A stretch of DNA of 64,000 nt from Bacilli bacterium. Lineage in GTDB: Bacteria > Bacillota_I > Bacilli_A > RFN20 > UBA1709. The position numbers were made by a program, and so were the translations under genes. Of this stretch, positions 35,047 through 44,531 are shown piece by piece. A model generated the notes under the pieces. That model was given only the letters and a program-made list of their open reading frames with translations, did no database searches and was not told the origin of the DNA. The stretch lies in contig JAXESU010000002.1 of the NCBI GenBank assembly GCA_034115825.1, positions 538,233 to 602,232 of the forward strand, read 5' to 3'. The number at the start of each line of letters is the position of its first letter. Position 1 is the stretch's first letter.

Positions 35047-36272
35047 TGCTTAATGTTAAGGAAATTAGAAAAGATTTTCCAATGCTAAATAAACAAATTC
35101 ATGGTAAAAATGTTATATATTTAGATAATGCAGCAACAACTCTTAAGCCACAAAGTGTTATTGATGCAGTGTCATACTATTACACTGATTTAGGTGCAAA
35201 TGCGCATCGTGGCGATTATGATTTATCACATGATGTTGATGTTTGTTATGAAGAAGCTCGTAAAAAAGTAGCTAATTTTATTAATGCTGATTATAAAGAA
35301 GTCTTTTTTACTTCAGGCGCGAGTATGTCTTTAAATAGTGTTGTTTATGGTGTAAGTGAGAAGTTTTTGAATGAAGGCGATGAAGTCTTAATTACTCAAG
35401 CAGAACACGCTTCTAATGTTTTACCTTGGTTTAAAATGCAACAAGATAAGAAAATAACAATAGGATACATTCCGCTTGATGAAGAAGGAAGATTAACAGT
35501 CGAAAACGTAAAAAAAGCAATAACTCCAAGAACTAAAGTCATTAGTGTGGCTCATGTTACAAATGTTTTAGGTTATTGTGCTGATATAAAAGGGATTTGT
35601 GAAGTTGCACATCAAAACAATATTTTAGTTATTGTTGATGGTGCACAAAGTGTTCCTCATCTTAAGGTTGATGTGAAAGATTTGGATTGTGATTTTTTAT
35701 GTTTTTCAGGGCACAAAATGTGTGGACCAACTGGAATTGGAGTCGTATATGGAAAATATAAACTCTTAGAAGAATTACCACCATTAATGATGGGGGGCGG
35801 CATGAATTCTAGATTTGATACATGTGGTGATTATATGTTAGTCAAGCCTCCTCATAAATTTGAGGCTGGTACTCCACATATTGAAGGGGCAATCGGTTTA
35901 GGTGCAGCTGTCGATTATTTAATGAAAATTGGAATGGATAACATTCAAAAATATGAAAAAGAATTGCATGATTATGCTATTAAAAAAATGAAAGAAATTC
36001 CAGGAGTTAAAATTTATAATGAACATGGTGACACTGGAGTTATAACATTTAATTATAAAGATGTATTTGCACAAGATATTGCGTCGCATTTAAATAAATA
36101 TGGCGTTTGTGTTCGTGCAGGTCAACATTGTGCTAAAATTTTAATGGATTATTTGGAAACTACAGCTACTGTTCGTATGTCTACATACTTCTATAATACT
36201 TTTGAAGAAATAGATGCCTTTGTTGAAGCTTTAAAAAAAGGAGATGACTATTTAGATGCCTTCTTTGGATGA
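35046..36272 (+). CDS. sufS: cysteine desulfurase SufS
   Basis: PLP-lysine motif SGHKMCGPTGIGV; C-terminal active-site Cys in RAGQHCA. Confidence 0.9.
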   Translation: MLNVKEIRKDFPMLNKQIHGKNVIYLDNAATTLKPQSVIDAVSYYYTDLGANAHRGDYDLSHDVDVCYEEARKKVANFINADYKEVFFTSGASMSLNSVVYGVSEKFLNEGDEVLITQAEHASNVLPWFKMQQDKKITIGYIPLDEEGRLTVENVKKAITPRTKVISVAHVTNVLGYCADIKGICEVAHQNNILVIVDGAQSVPHLKVDVKDLDCDFLCFSGHKMCGPTGIGVVYGKYKLLEELPPLMMGGGMNSRFDTCGDYMLVKPPHKFEAGTPHIEGAIGLGAAVDYLMKIGMDNIQKYEKELHDYAIKKMKEIPGVKIYNEHGDTGVITFNYKDVFAQDIASHLNKYGVCVRAGQHCAKILMDYLETTATVRMSTYFYNTFEEIDAFVEALKKGDDYLDAFFG

Positions 36273-36687
36273 TAAAATGTTGCGTGAAATTATAATGGAT
36301 CACTATCAATATCCACGCAATAAAAGAACAATGACTGATACAAAATACGATTCGATTCATATGGATAGTGAGTCTTGTACCGATGATATTCATGTATATT
36401 TGTGGTATGAAAATGGTATTATCAAAGATGTCGCTTTTGATGGAATTGCTTGTACAATTGCAACATCTTCCACTTCAATAATGACTGAACTTTTAATTGG
36501 AAAAACCAAAGAGGAAGCAAAGAAAATTATTGATAATTATATGAATATGATTTATGAAAAACAATATGATGAAGATTTGTTAGAAGAGGCAAATGCTTTT
36601 AAATATACATATCGTCAAGCTAATCGAATTAATTGTGCAACAATTGGTTGGAAAGGAATTAACGAGTTATTAGATAGAAAGGAGTAA
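36256..36687 (+). CDS. sufU: Fe-S cluster scaffold SufU (IscU-like)
   Basis: IMDHYQYPRNK...CTDDI...GIACTIATSS; overlaps the sufS stop. The start may instead be ATG 36277. Confidence 0.85.
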   Translation: MPSLDDKMLREIIMDHYQYPRNKRTMTDTKYDSIHMDSESCTDDIHVYLWYENGIIKDVAFDGIACTIATSSTSIMTELLIGKTKEEAKKIIDNYMNMIYEKQYDEDLLEEANAFKYTYRQANRINCATIGWKGINELLDRKE

Positions 36688-36693
36688 TAGCTT

Positions 36694-38088
36694 ATGGATA
36701 AAAAATACATCGATGATGAATATAAATATGGTTTTAAAGATGAAGACGTTTCCATTTATAAAACTAATAAAGGACTTAATGAAGATGTAATACGTGCTAT
36801 TTCTCATAAGAAAAACGAACCAAATTGGATGCTTGAGTTCCGTTTAAAATGCTTTGAGTATTTTAAAAAAGCCCCACTTCCTAATTATGGACCGGATCTT
36901 TCTAATTTAGAATATGATGATTATACTTATTTTATTCGTTCTAGTGAAGATGTTTCTAATAAATGGGAAGATGTTCCAGAAACAATCAAAGATACATTTG
37001 ATAAATTAGGTATTCCTGAAGCAGAACATAAGTTTTTGGCAGGAGTATCAACTCAATACGAATCAGAAGTAGTTTACCATAATATGCTTCAAGAGGTTGA
37101 AGAAAAAGGGGTTATATTCCTTGATACAGATAGTGCATTAAGATTATATCCAGATTTATTTAAAGAATATTTTAATACAGTTGTTCCATATTATGATAAT
37201 AAATTCGCTGCCTTAAATGGTGCTGTTTGGTCCGGTGGTTCATTTATATATGTTCCAAAAGGTGTAAAGTTAGAAAAGCCTTTACAATCATATTTTAGAA
37301 TCAATTCTGAAAGAATGGGACAATTTGAAAGAACACTAATTATTGTTGATGAAGGAGCAGATGTCCATTATGTAGAAGGTTGTACCGCTCCAATTTATTC
37401 TAAGGATTCTTTACATGCAGCAGTAGTAGAAATTGTTATTAAAAAGAATGGAAAATGCCGTTATTCAACTATTCAAAATTGGTCAAACAATATAGTAAAT
37501 TTAGTAACTAAACGAGCTCTAGTTATGGAAAATGGTATGATGGAATGGATTGATGGCAATATTGGCTCAATGCTTAATATGAAATATCCATGTTGTGTTT
37601 TAAAAGGAAATGGTGCAAAAGGATCATGTATTTCAGTTGCTGTTGCAAGTAAGAATCAACATCAAGATGCTGGAGCAAAAATGATTCATTTAGGCGAAAA
37701 CACATCTTCGGTAATTATTTCAAAATCAATTGTCCATGATGGTGGAATTTGTAATTATCGAGGAAAAGTTCAACATGGTCCTAATGCAAAAAATGCAAAG
37801 TCTCACGTTGAATGTGACACATTAATTTTAGATAATCAATCTATTACTGATACAATTCCAATGAATTTAGTTAATAATAATAGTTCGTTCATTGAACATG
37901 AAGCTACAGTATCAAAAGTTAGTGAAGAACAATTATTTTATTTGATGTCGCGTGGTTTAAGTAAAGAAGATGCAACTCAAATGATTATTATGGGATTTAT
38001 TGAACCATTTTCGAAAGAGTTACCAATGGAATATGCGGTTGAACTAAATCGTTTACTAAAACTTAATATGGAAGGATCGATTGGTTAA
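36694..38088 (+). CDS. sufB: Fe-S cluster assembly protein SufB
   Basis: 464 aa; C-terminal [17 protein letters not shown] and typical SufB core motifs. Confidence 0.9.
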   Translation: MDKKYIDDEYKYGFKDEDVSIYKTNKGLNEDVIRAISHKKNEPNWMLEFRLKCFEYFKKAPLPNYGPDLSNLEYDDYTYFIRSSEDVSNKWEDVPETIKDTFDKLGIPEAEHKFLAGVSTQYESEVVYHNMLQEVEEKGVIFLDTDSALRLYPDLFKEYFNTVVPYYDNKFAALNGAVWSGGSFIYVPKGVKLEKPLQSYFRINSERMGQFERTLIIVDEGADVHYVEGCTAPIYSKDSLHAAVVEIVIKKNGKCRYSTIQNWSNNIVNLVTKRALVMENGMMEWIDGNIGSMLNMKYPCCVLKGNGAKGSCISVAVASKNQHQDAGAKMIHLGENTSSVIISKSIVHDGGICNYRGKVQHGPNAKNAKSHVECDTLILDNQSITDTIPMNLVNNNSSFIEHEATVSKVSEEQLFYLMSRGLSKEDATQMIIMGFIEPFSKELPMEYAVELNRLLKLNMEGSIG

Positions 38089-38089
38089 T

Positions 38090-38118
38090 TAGGCACTAGA
38101 TTGTGCCTTTTTTAATAA
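38090..38118 (+). terminator. intrinsic terminator after sufB
   Basis: AGGCAC-tagattg-TGCCT followed by TTTTTTAAT. Confidence 0.7.
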
Positions 38119-38126
38119 AATATTTT

Positions 38127-38153
38127 TTAGCACTCTATTATTGACAGTGCTAA
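38127..38153 (+). promoter_or_regulatory. CIRCE-like inverted repeat (HrcA operator) overlapping the htpG promoter -35
   Basis: TTAGCACTC-TATTATTGA-CAGTGCTAA versus consensus TTAGCACTC-N9-GAGTGCTAA (26/27 match). TTGACA 38141-38146, a 16-nt spacer, and TATAAT 38163-38168. Confidence 0.7.
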
Positions 38154-38192
38154 AAATGGTGCTATAATTATTGGATGTAGGGAGATGATTTT

Positions 38193-40115
38193 ATGGAAAT
38201 CAAACAATTTAAAACAGAATCAAAACGTTTGTTAGATTTAATGATTAACTCAATTTATACGAATAAGGAAATATTTTTACGTGAATTAATTTCTAATGCA
38301 TCAGATGCTATCGATAAGTATCACGTATTATCTTTGAATGATGATAACTTAGTTAAAGAAACTAATTATCAAATTAATATTGAGGTTGATAAAAAGAATC
38401 GTACTATTACAATCAAAGATAATGGTATAGGTATGAACAAAGAAGAACTTGAAGAGAATTTAGGAACTATTGCTAATTCTGGTTCAAAAGCTTTTTTAGA
38501 AAAAATCAGTGATGAAAAACTAAAAAATGAAATGGATATTATTGGTCAATTTGGTGTAGGTTTTTATAGTGCATTTATGGTTGCTAGTAAAATTGAAGTT
38601 AAAACTAAATCACCATATAGTGAACAAGGATATTTATTTTTAAGTGAAGGTGAAGAAACATATTCAATTGATGAATGTGAAAAATTAGAACATGGTAGTG
38701 AAATCACTTTATATTTAAGAGAAAATAATGATGAAGAAAATTATGATAAGTTTATGGAATCATATGAAATAGAACATTTGGTAAAAAAATATAGTGATTA
38801 TATTCGCTATCCAATTTTAATGATGGTTGAAACATCTAAACCAAAGTTAGATGCTAACAATGAAATTATTGAAAACGAATATGAAACGGTAAGTGAATTA
38901 AAAACATTAAATTCAATGACTCCTATTTGGAAGAAAAAGAAAAACGAAGTTAGTGAAGAAGAATTAAATGATTTTTATAAGCAAAAATTTAATGATTTTG
39001 AAGACCCATTACTTACAATATTTTTTAATGTTGAAGGGATGTTAACTTATAATGCACTTATCTATATTCCAGCAAAAGCCCCTTATAATTTATATAGTGA
39101 GAAGTATGAAAAAGGTTTACAATTATATACTAAAGGTGTCTTTATTAAAGATTCATGTAAAGAATTAGTGCCAGATTATTTGCGTTTTATTAAAGGCTTA
39201 GTTGACTCTAGTGATTTATCATTAAATATTTCGCGTGAAATGTTACAACACACACGTCAATTAGAAAAAATAGCTAACTCAATTGAGAAAAAAGTTTTAA
39301 GTGAGTTAACAAAATTAAAAGAAAATGATTATGATAAATACTTAAAGTTCTTTAAAGAGTATGGAATAAACTTTAAATATGGTATTTATAATTCATTCGG
39401 TACTAATAAAGATAAATTACAAGATTTGTTAGTTTATAAATCAATTAATCAAGAAAAAGAGATTACTTTAGAAACATATGTTAATAACATTAAAGAAAAT
39501 CAAGAATTTATTTACTATGCTTCTATGAAAACAAAAGAACAAGTTTTAGCAATGCCACAAATGGACAAGATTAAAAAACTTGGTTATGATGTCTTAATTT
39601 TACAAGATGATATTGATGAATTTACAATTAGTATTCTTCAAGAATATAAAGGTAAAAAATTTAAATCAGTAAATCAAGGAGATTTAGATGTTTTATCTAA
39701 GGAAGAAGAGGAAGCATTTAACTCATTAAAAGAAACTAAACAACCATTATTAACAAAAATTAAAGAAATTCTTCAAAGTGAAGTTAGTGACGTTGTTTTA
39801 TCAAAACGTCTTCAAGACTCACCAGTATGTTTGGTTTCAAGTGAAAATGGCGTGTCTTTTGAAATGGAAAAAGCAATTAATGCAATGCCACTCGATGATA
39901 AAGTACATGCAACTAAAATTTTAGAAATTAATCCTAATCACGATTTATTTAAGGCGATTGAAAAAGCTTATGATAATAATAGTGAATCATTAAAAGATTA
40001 TGCTACTTTATTGTATAATAATGCATTGTTGATGGAAGGATTTAATATAAAAGACCCAGCTTCATTTACTAACTTAATGGCAAAATTAATTATTGAAAAT
40101 GCAAATAAAAAATAG
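38193..40115 (+). CDS. htpG: molecular chaperone HtpG (Hsp90)
   Basis: LRELISNASDAIDK, IGQFGVGFYSAFMVA (GHKL ATPase motifs), C-terminal dimerisation domain; RBS GGGAG. Confidence 0.95.
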   Translation: MEIKQFKTESKRLLDLMINSIYTNKEIFLRELISNASDAIDKYHVLSLNDDNLVKETNYQINIEVDKKNRTITIKDNGIGMNKEELEENLGTIANSGSKAFLEKISDEKLKNEMDIIGQFGVGFYSAFMVASKIEVKTKSPYSEQGYLFLSEGEETYSIDECEKLEHGSEITLYLRENNDEENYDKFMESYEIEHLVKKYSDYIRYPILMMVETSKPKLDANNEIIENEYETVSELKTLNSMTPIWKKKKNEVSEEELNDFYKQKFNDFEDPLLTIFFNVEGMLTYNALIYIPAKAPYNLYSEKYEKGLQLYTKGVFIKDSCKELVPDYLRFIKGLVDSSDLSLNISREMLQHTRQLEKIANSIEKKVLSELTKLKENDYDKYLKFFKEYGINFKYGIYNSFGTNKDKLQDLLVYKSINQEKEITLETYVNNIKENQEFIYYASMKTKEQVLAMPQMDKIKKLGYDVLILQDDIDEFTISILQEYKGKKFKSVNQGDLDVLSKEEEEAFNSLKETKQPLLTKIKEILQSEVSDVVLSKRLQDSPVCLVSSENGVSFEMEKAINAMPLDDKVHATKILEINPNHDLFKAIEKAYDNNSESLKDYATLLYNNALLMEGFNIKDPASFTNLMAKLIIENANKK

Positions 40116-40140
40116 AGAGGAATTTCCTCTCTATTTTATT
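40106..40140. terminator. bidirectional terminator shared by htpG and the convergent hypothetical gene
   Basis: aaaaaATAGAGAGG-aattt-CCTCTCTAT-tttatt. Confidence 0.75.
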
Positions 40141-41747
40141 TCTTGACGAGTTAAATCATTTTTTAATTTACTAATTGCATAGGTTAGTCCTAATTCAATT
40201 TGCATATATTCATCATGTGATAATTTATTTTTTAAATCATAATATTTGATAATATTATATGATAGTCTTTGTGTTAATTCATTAATTAAAAGTAATGGTT
40301 TTACTAAATCAAAATTTATTTGTGTTGGATCAAATGCATAAGGAGTGATGTGTGTGAAAGCATTACTTTCTTCATAGAATCCTAATAAATAATGAGTTAT
40401 TTCTTTATTATTTAATAAGTTATTTCCTAATAGGTCAACAAAGAAAGGGGAATTAGGAACATTCTCATTATTAATATTTTTAAGATATAGTGCCCAACCA
40501 TTTAGGCGAAGAATTTTATTGTCATCTACAATAACATTAAAGTTTTTACGGTAGTATGAACGAATTTTTTCAACATTTTCAATATGAACGTTATTTACAT
40601 CAACTGGATCTTCTTTTCCTCTCATATTATATTGAATTAAAAAATTGATAGCAGTTATTTTAGCATCATAACTTTTAATATTTTGATGTAAATAATATAT
40701 TTCTGAACGTTCATCATCATCATTAAGTAAACAATTTATTAAAGAAAGTGATTCAATAACATATCTTGCTTGCGCGTAAAACATCATAACATCAAATATA
40801 TAATATGACATTAACATATCGTCATAATGTGATGACAAATCATATAATAGATAGGTAATACTTAATGATTTATAACTAGCATTGTTGATACTTGACGCCA
40901 ATGAGATAATTGAATATGGTAGTGAATGAACATATTCACTTATCTGTTCTTTATTTTTAAGATATGTTTGGCGGATATCGTGTTCTTTAAAATCATTAAT
41001 TTTATTTTTTAAAATATCATCAAGTAAAGAATAGCACTCTTTATCAATTAGATTTTCATAGACGGAAGCTAAATTTGATAGAATATTGTAACAACAATCA
41101 TAGACAATACCATTAGAAATAAATAAAGCAGCTATATTAGAAATTTCTTCACCTACTTTTTTATCTTTAATTGATTCGGCAAATTTAAATGATGGGTGTA
41201 CAAAAGTATCAAAATTTTTGATTAATGTTGAATAATAATATTCATAATTTTTATTATCACCAAAGTCAACAAAATGTAAAATGTCTTTTAAAGCACTGCA
41301 TTTTTTCCCCTTTACTCGAGGAAGCCAACTAAATCTTTTCATATATTTTTTTAAATCAATTGATGTTTGATCAATTTCAGTATATGTTTCATCGATTCTA
41401 TCAACGTCACTTTTTAATGTTGCATAATACTTTTCGGCAAGCAAAGGGTTGTTTTGAATGATATTTAAGATAAGATTGGATTCAAGGCAGTTTCTTAGTA
41501 AAATTCTATTTGCATTAGCTTTTGGCATCATTGTGTATTCTTCTTGGTCGATGTCATCATATACAGATAATAGATATGATTTTAAAGAATGAACAAAGCC
41601 ATTAAAACATACGTAAGCTGATTTATAGAAATAAGTGTCTTTTGTAGAACAATTTTTAAAAGCAATTTCAATAATATCAGCGAAAGCAAAATATTTTTTT
41701 ACTTCTTTTAAAATATTTTCCTTAATTTTATTTATCACAACTATCAC
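40131..41747 (-). CDS. large hypothetical protein (about 535 aa), alpha-helical, Y/N/L-rich, no recognisable catalytic motif
   Basis: The ORF runs the full length on the minus strand. The only possible starts are GTG 41747 (abutting GAAGG) or GTG 41738 (AAGGTGA plus 5 nt). Promoter TTGACT upstream. No Walker, HTH or signal-peptide features. Confidence 0.6.
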   Translation of the reverse strand: MIVVINKIKENILKEVKKYFAFADIIEIAFKNCSTKDTYFYKSAYVCFNGFVHSLKSYLLSVYDDIDQEEYTMMPKANANRILLRNCLESNLILNIIQNNPLLAEKYYATLKSDVDRIDETYTEIDQTSIDLKKYMKRFSWLPRVKGKKCSALKDILHFVDFGDNKNYEYYYSTLIKNFDTFVHPSFKFAESIKDKKVGEEISNIAALFISNGIVYDCCYNILSNLASVYENLIDKECYSLLDDILKNKINDFKEHDIRQTYLKNKEQISEYVHSLPYSIISLASSINNASYKSLSITYLLYDLSSHYDDMLMSYYIFDVMMFYAQARYVIESLSLINCLLNDDDERSEIYYLHQNIKSYDAKITAINFLIQYNMRGKEDPVDVNNVHIENVEKIRSYYRKNFNVIVDDNKILRLNGWALYLKNINNENVPNSPFFVDLLGNNLLNNKEITHYLLGFYEESNAFTHITPYAFDPTQINFDLVKPLLLINELTQRLSYNIIKYYDLKNKLSHDEYMQIELGLTYAISKLKNDLTRQEIK

Positions 41748-41750
41748 CTT
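41739..41750. repeat. left copy of a 12-bp perfect inverted repeat (AACTATCACCTT)
   Basis: Reverse complement of 41827-41838. Each copy supplies the AAGGTGA RBS of one of the two divergent genes. Confidence 0.6.
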
Positions 41751-41826
41751 CTTATATTTTCTTAATTATATAATAGTCAAGAAAAATTATAAATACTAAT
41801 TTATAAAAAAATATGTTATTATTAAA

Positions 41827-41838
41827 AAGGTGATAGTT
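41827..41838. repeat. right copy of the 12-bp inverted repeat (AAGGTGATAGTT)
   Basis: See 41739-41750. The 76 bp in between contain the promoter of the minus-strand gene. Confidence 0.6.
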
Positions 41839-42684
41839 ATGATTAAAATGATTGCAACTGATTTAGATGGAACATTATTACATCCTAAAAGGCCATTTAC
41901 TCTTGTTTCAAAGCAAAATATCAAATTTTTACAAGGCTTTGGAAGTGCAGGAGGAAAAGTAACATTAATCACTGGCCGATCAACTGAATTTTGCCATAAA
42001 GTAGTTAAAAAACTTAAGGTTCCATGTGATATAATCTCATACACTGGTTCAGTAATAATCAAAGATGGAAAAGTATATTCGGAAGAGTTTATTCCTTTTG
42101 AAGTGGCTAATGAGTTACATAAGGTATTAGATAGTGCGAAATTTCGTTTTGCTCGTGTTTATATGCTTAAAGATAAACCATTTTTATCTAATGGTTTCGA
42201 ATATAATTTTTTTGTTAGATTTATTATGTTTTTAATGAACGTTAAAAAAATAAGATATTATGATCCAATAAAATTTTCTAAAAAGTATTTTAAAAATAAT
42301 TTCAATGAAGATGGAAAAGTATGCAAAATGATGGTTTTATACTTTAAATCAAAAAAGAAAAAGGTGTTAGAAGAACTGGAACCAGTATTTAAAAAATATA
42401 ATGATATTTTAGAGTTTCAAGTCTCACAAAATTGTATTGAAATTACTAAAAAAGGTTGCAATAAAGGTGAAAGACTAGAAGAATTAGTAAAATCATATGG
42501 AATCAACAATAATGAAGTGGCTGTAGTTGGAGATGATGGAAATGATATTTCAATGTTTGAACGTTTTCCAAACTCTTTTGCAATTAAAAGTGGTACAAAA
42601 GAATTACAAGAAATAGCAAAATATAAAGTTAAAAATATAAGTGAGTTAGCAAAGTATCTCACAGAATTAAATGTTGATTTATAA
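41839..42684 (+). CDS. Cof-type HAD-IIB family hydrolase
   Basis: AAAGGTGA precedes ATG 41839. MIKMIATDLDGTLL (motif I DxDGT), VVGDDGNDISMF (motif III). Confidence 0.8.
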   Translation: MIKMIATDLDGTLLHPKRPFTLVSKQNIKFLQGFGSAGGKVTLITGRSTEFCHKVVKKLKVPCDIISYTGSVIIKDGKVYSEEFIPFEVANELHKVLDSAKFRFARVYMLKDKPFLSNGFEYNFFVRFIMFLMNVKKIRYYDPIKFSKKYFKNNFNEDGKVCKMMVLYFKSKKKKVLEELEPVFKKYNDILEFQVSQNCIEITKKGCNKGERLEELVKSYGINNNEVAVVGDDGNDISMFERFPNSFAIKSGTKELQEIAKYKVKNISELAKYLTELNVDL

Positions 42685-42718
42685 TTGATTTTATATTAAA
42701 ATATAAAGAGTTATTGAG

Positions 42719-43003
42719 GTGTTTATTATGAAAAAAAAGTTGTCTATTATTGAAATGGTTATTATATCTATTTTTGTTTTAATTATTTTGGCTTCATTGT
42801 TTATAGCTGCATCAGCTGTTTTTCGCGCCGAGTATGCTTTACAATTAGAGTATTACATCCAAAAAACATACGCTTATTATGATTTTAATTTAGTTAATGT
42901 TGCTACTGTTGTTGCTATTGTTACATGCATAATTGCTGTTTTTGTTTTAGTAGTTTTAGATAATAAATATAAAATTGTTAAGCGAAAAGTGGTTAGAAGA
43001 TAA
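42719..43003 (+). CDS. small membrane protein (2 TM helices)
   Basis: GAGGTG RBS; hydrophobic segments at the N-terminus and mid-protein. Confidence 0.5.
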   Translation: MFIMKKKLSIIEMVIISIFVLIILASLFIAASAVFRAEYALQLEYYIQKTYAYYDFNLVNVATVVAIVTCIIAVFVLVVLDNKYKIVKRKVVRR

Positions 43004-43009
43004 AAAAAT

Positions 43010-43038
43010 AAGAAGGCGTGACCTTCTTTTTTTTGAAA
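43010..43038 (+). terminator. intrinsic terminator
   Basis: AAGAAGG-cgtga-CCTTCTT followed by TTTTTTTGAAATT. Confidence 0.7.
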
Positions 43039-43047
43039 TTTGTTATA

Positions 43048-43138
43048 TGGCGGAGGAAGAGGGGTTCGAACCCTCGCGACCTATTAAAGTCCTACGAGCT
43101 TTCCAAGCCCGCCCCTTCAACCACTTGGGTATTCCTCC
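43048..43138 (-). tRNA. tRNA-Ser (anticodon GGA), class II with a long variable arm, CCA encoded
   Basis: Minus-strand sequence GGAGGAA-TA-CCC-AAGTGGTTGAA-GGG-G-CGGGC-TTGGAAA-GCTCG-(variable arm)-GAGGG-TTCGAAC-CCCTC-TTCCTCC-GCCA. The acceptor stem pairs perfectly, the T-loop is canonical TTCGAAC, and the anticodon loop is UUGGAAA. Confidence 0.85.
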
Positions 43139-43147
43139 AACTTTTAA

Positions 43148-43176
43148 GATTATACTAAATATTTTTTTTGATGTAA
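43148..43176 (-). promoter_or_regulatory. promoter for tRNA-Ser (TTTACA-17-TATAAT on the minus strand)
   Basis: TATAAT (revcomp at 43148-43153) lies 10 nt upstream of the tRNA 5-prime end; TTTACA is the revcomp at 43171-43176. Confidence 0.6.
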
Positions 43177-43179
43177 AGG

Positions 43180-43530
43180 GTGGAAAAAATGAAAAAATGT
43201 CATGTGTGTGGGAAAGAAATTAATGAAGTTGATGTTTATTGTCCGCATTGTGGGCAAAAATTAATTGATGAAGTTCAAACTAATAAAGAAACAAAAGAAA
43301 TTCCGTTAAAAAAACGAAGTGTAACATTGATGTTAGCCTTCTTTTTAGGTGCTTTTGGCTTTGAGGATTTATACATGCATCGTTTAACGGCATTTTATTT
43401 AAAATTTGGTTTAGCTTTTATTTCAATGGGATTACTAGTTATTCCTTTAATGATTATTGGTTTTATTCATTTTTTGATAATTTTATTTAATAAAGAATAT
43501 AAAGATGGATTAGGGAGAAAATTAATATGA
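43180..43530 (+). CDS. zinc-ribbon plus TM2-domain small membrane protein
   Basis: CHVCGKEINEVDVYCPHCGQKL, followed by two TM helices (TLMLAFFLGAFGFEDLYM...). The start may be ATG 43189. Confidence 0.65.
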   Translation: MEKMKKCHVCGKEINEVDVYCPHCGQKLIDEVQTNKETKEIPLKKRSVTLMLAFFLGAFGFEDLYMHRLTAFYLKFGLAFISMGLLVIPLMIIGFIHFLIILFNKEYKDGLGRKLI

Positions 43531-44477
43531 GGGAATTTTTTGTTAAAGATAAAGAAGAAAATCAACGATTAGATAAATACTTACGTAAAAATATGGATGA
43601 TGTAGCATTAAGTAGTATTTATAAAATATTTCGAAAAAAAGATGTTAAAGTAAATGGTATTAGAGAAAAAGAAGATTATTTAGTTAAAGTAAATGATAAG
43701 ATAATTGTTTATGTTGAAGAAAAAAAGCATAATGATCATCAGGAAATAAAAAAATATCAAAAGGAATTTGATGTGATATACGAAGATAATAATATATTGA
43801 TTGTTAATAAACCAATAGGCTTAGAAGTTCAAGATGATGGAAAGAATAATTTGACTTCTCAAGTATTGACTTATCTTAATAGTAAAAATGAGTATTTTTA
43901 CGAAGATAATTTTAAACCAAGTCCAGCCCATCGATTGGATCGAAATACTTCAGGACTAGTTGTATTTGGTAAATCAGTTAAAGTTTTGCAAGAATTAAAT
44001 GAGTGTTTTAAGAATAGAATAGGAATAGAAAAATATTATCTAGCATTGGTTTTGGGAAAGACAAAAGAAAAAGAAACGCTTTCTTTCCCTCTACTTAAAA
44101 ATGAAAAATCTAAAATTGTTAAAGTTGATTTTGAAAAAGGTTTAACTGCTAAAACCAAGTATCAATTAGTTTGGACAAATAATAATTATTCTTTGCTAGA
44201 AGTTCAATTAATGACAGGACGAACACATCAAATTAGAGTTCATTTGTCATATATTGGACATCCATTAATTGGTGACGAGAAATATGGTGATTTTAAAGAG
44301 AATAAATTATTCTATAATCAATTTAAATATCGTTATCAGTTTTTGCACGCCTATAAAATGTGTTTTACTAATTTAAATGGTGTACTTAAGTATTTAAACA
44401 ATCGTAATTTTATGGCACCATTAACAAGTGATAAAATAACTATTTTAAAAGCTTTAGGTTATAAAAATTCTATTTAA
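43527..44477 (+). CDS. RluA-family 23S rRNA pseudouridine synthase (RluD/YjbO-like, N-terminal S4 domain)
   Basis: S4-like N-terminus RLDKYLRKNMDDVALSSIYKIFRKKDVKVNG; catalytic motif HRLDRNTSGLVVF. Confidence 0.85.
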   Translation: MREFFVKDKEENQRLDKYLRKNMDDVALSSIYKIFRKKDVKVNGIREKEDYLVKVNDKIIVYVEEKKHNDHQEIKKYQKEFDVIYEDNNILIVNKPIGLEVQDDGKNNLTSQVLTYLNSKNEYFYEDNFKPSPAHRLDRNTSGLVVFGKSVKVLQELNECFKNRIGIEKYYLALVLGKTKEKETLSFPLLKNEKSKIVKVDFEKGLTAKTKYQLVWTNNNYSLLEVQLMTGRTHQIRVHLSYIGHPLIGDEKYGDFKENKLFYNQFKYRYQFLHAYKMCFTNLNGVLKYLNNRNFMAPLTSDKITILKALGYKNSI

Positions 44478-44531
44478 GATATCTTACAATTTAGTGGTTT
44501 TGTGTTATAATTAAATCATGGTGGTGATAAT

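Noticed and set aside
42975-43223. 82-aa plus-strand ORF
   Set aside because: It spans the terminator and lies entirely across the tRNA-Ser gene on the opposite strand; its translation (…EEGFEPSRPIKVLRAFQARPFNHLGIPP) is the classic antisense-tRNA artefact.
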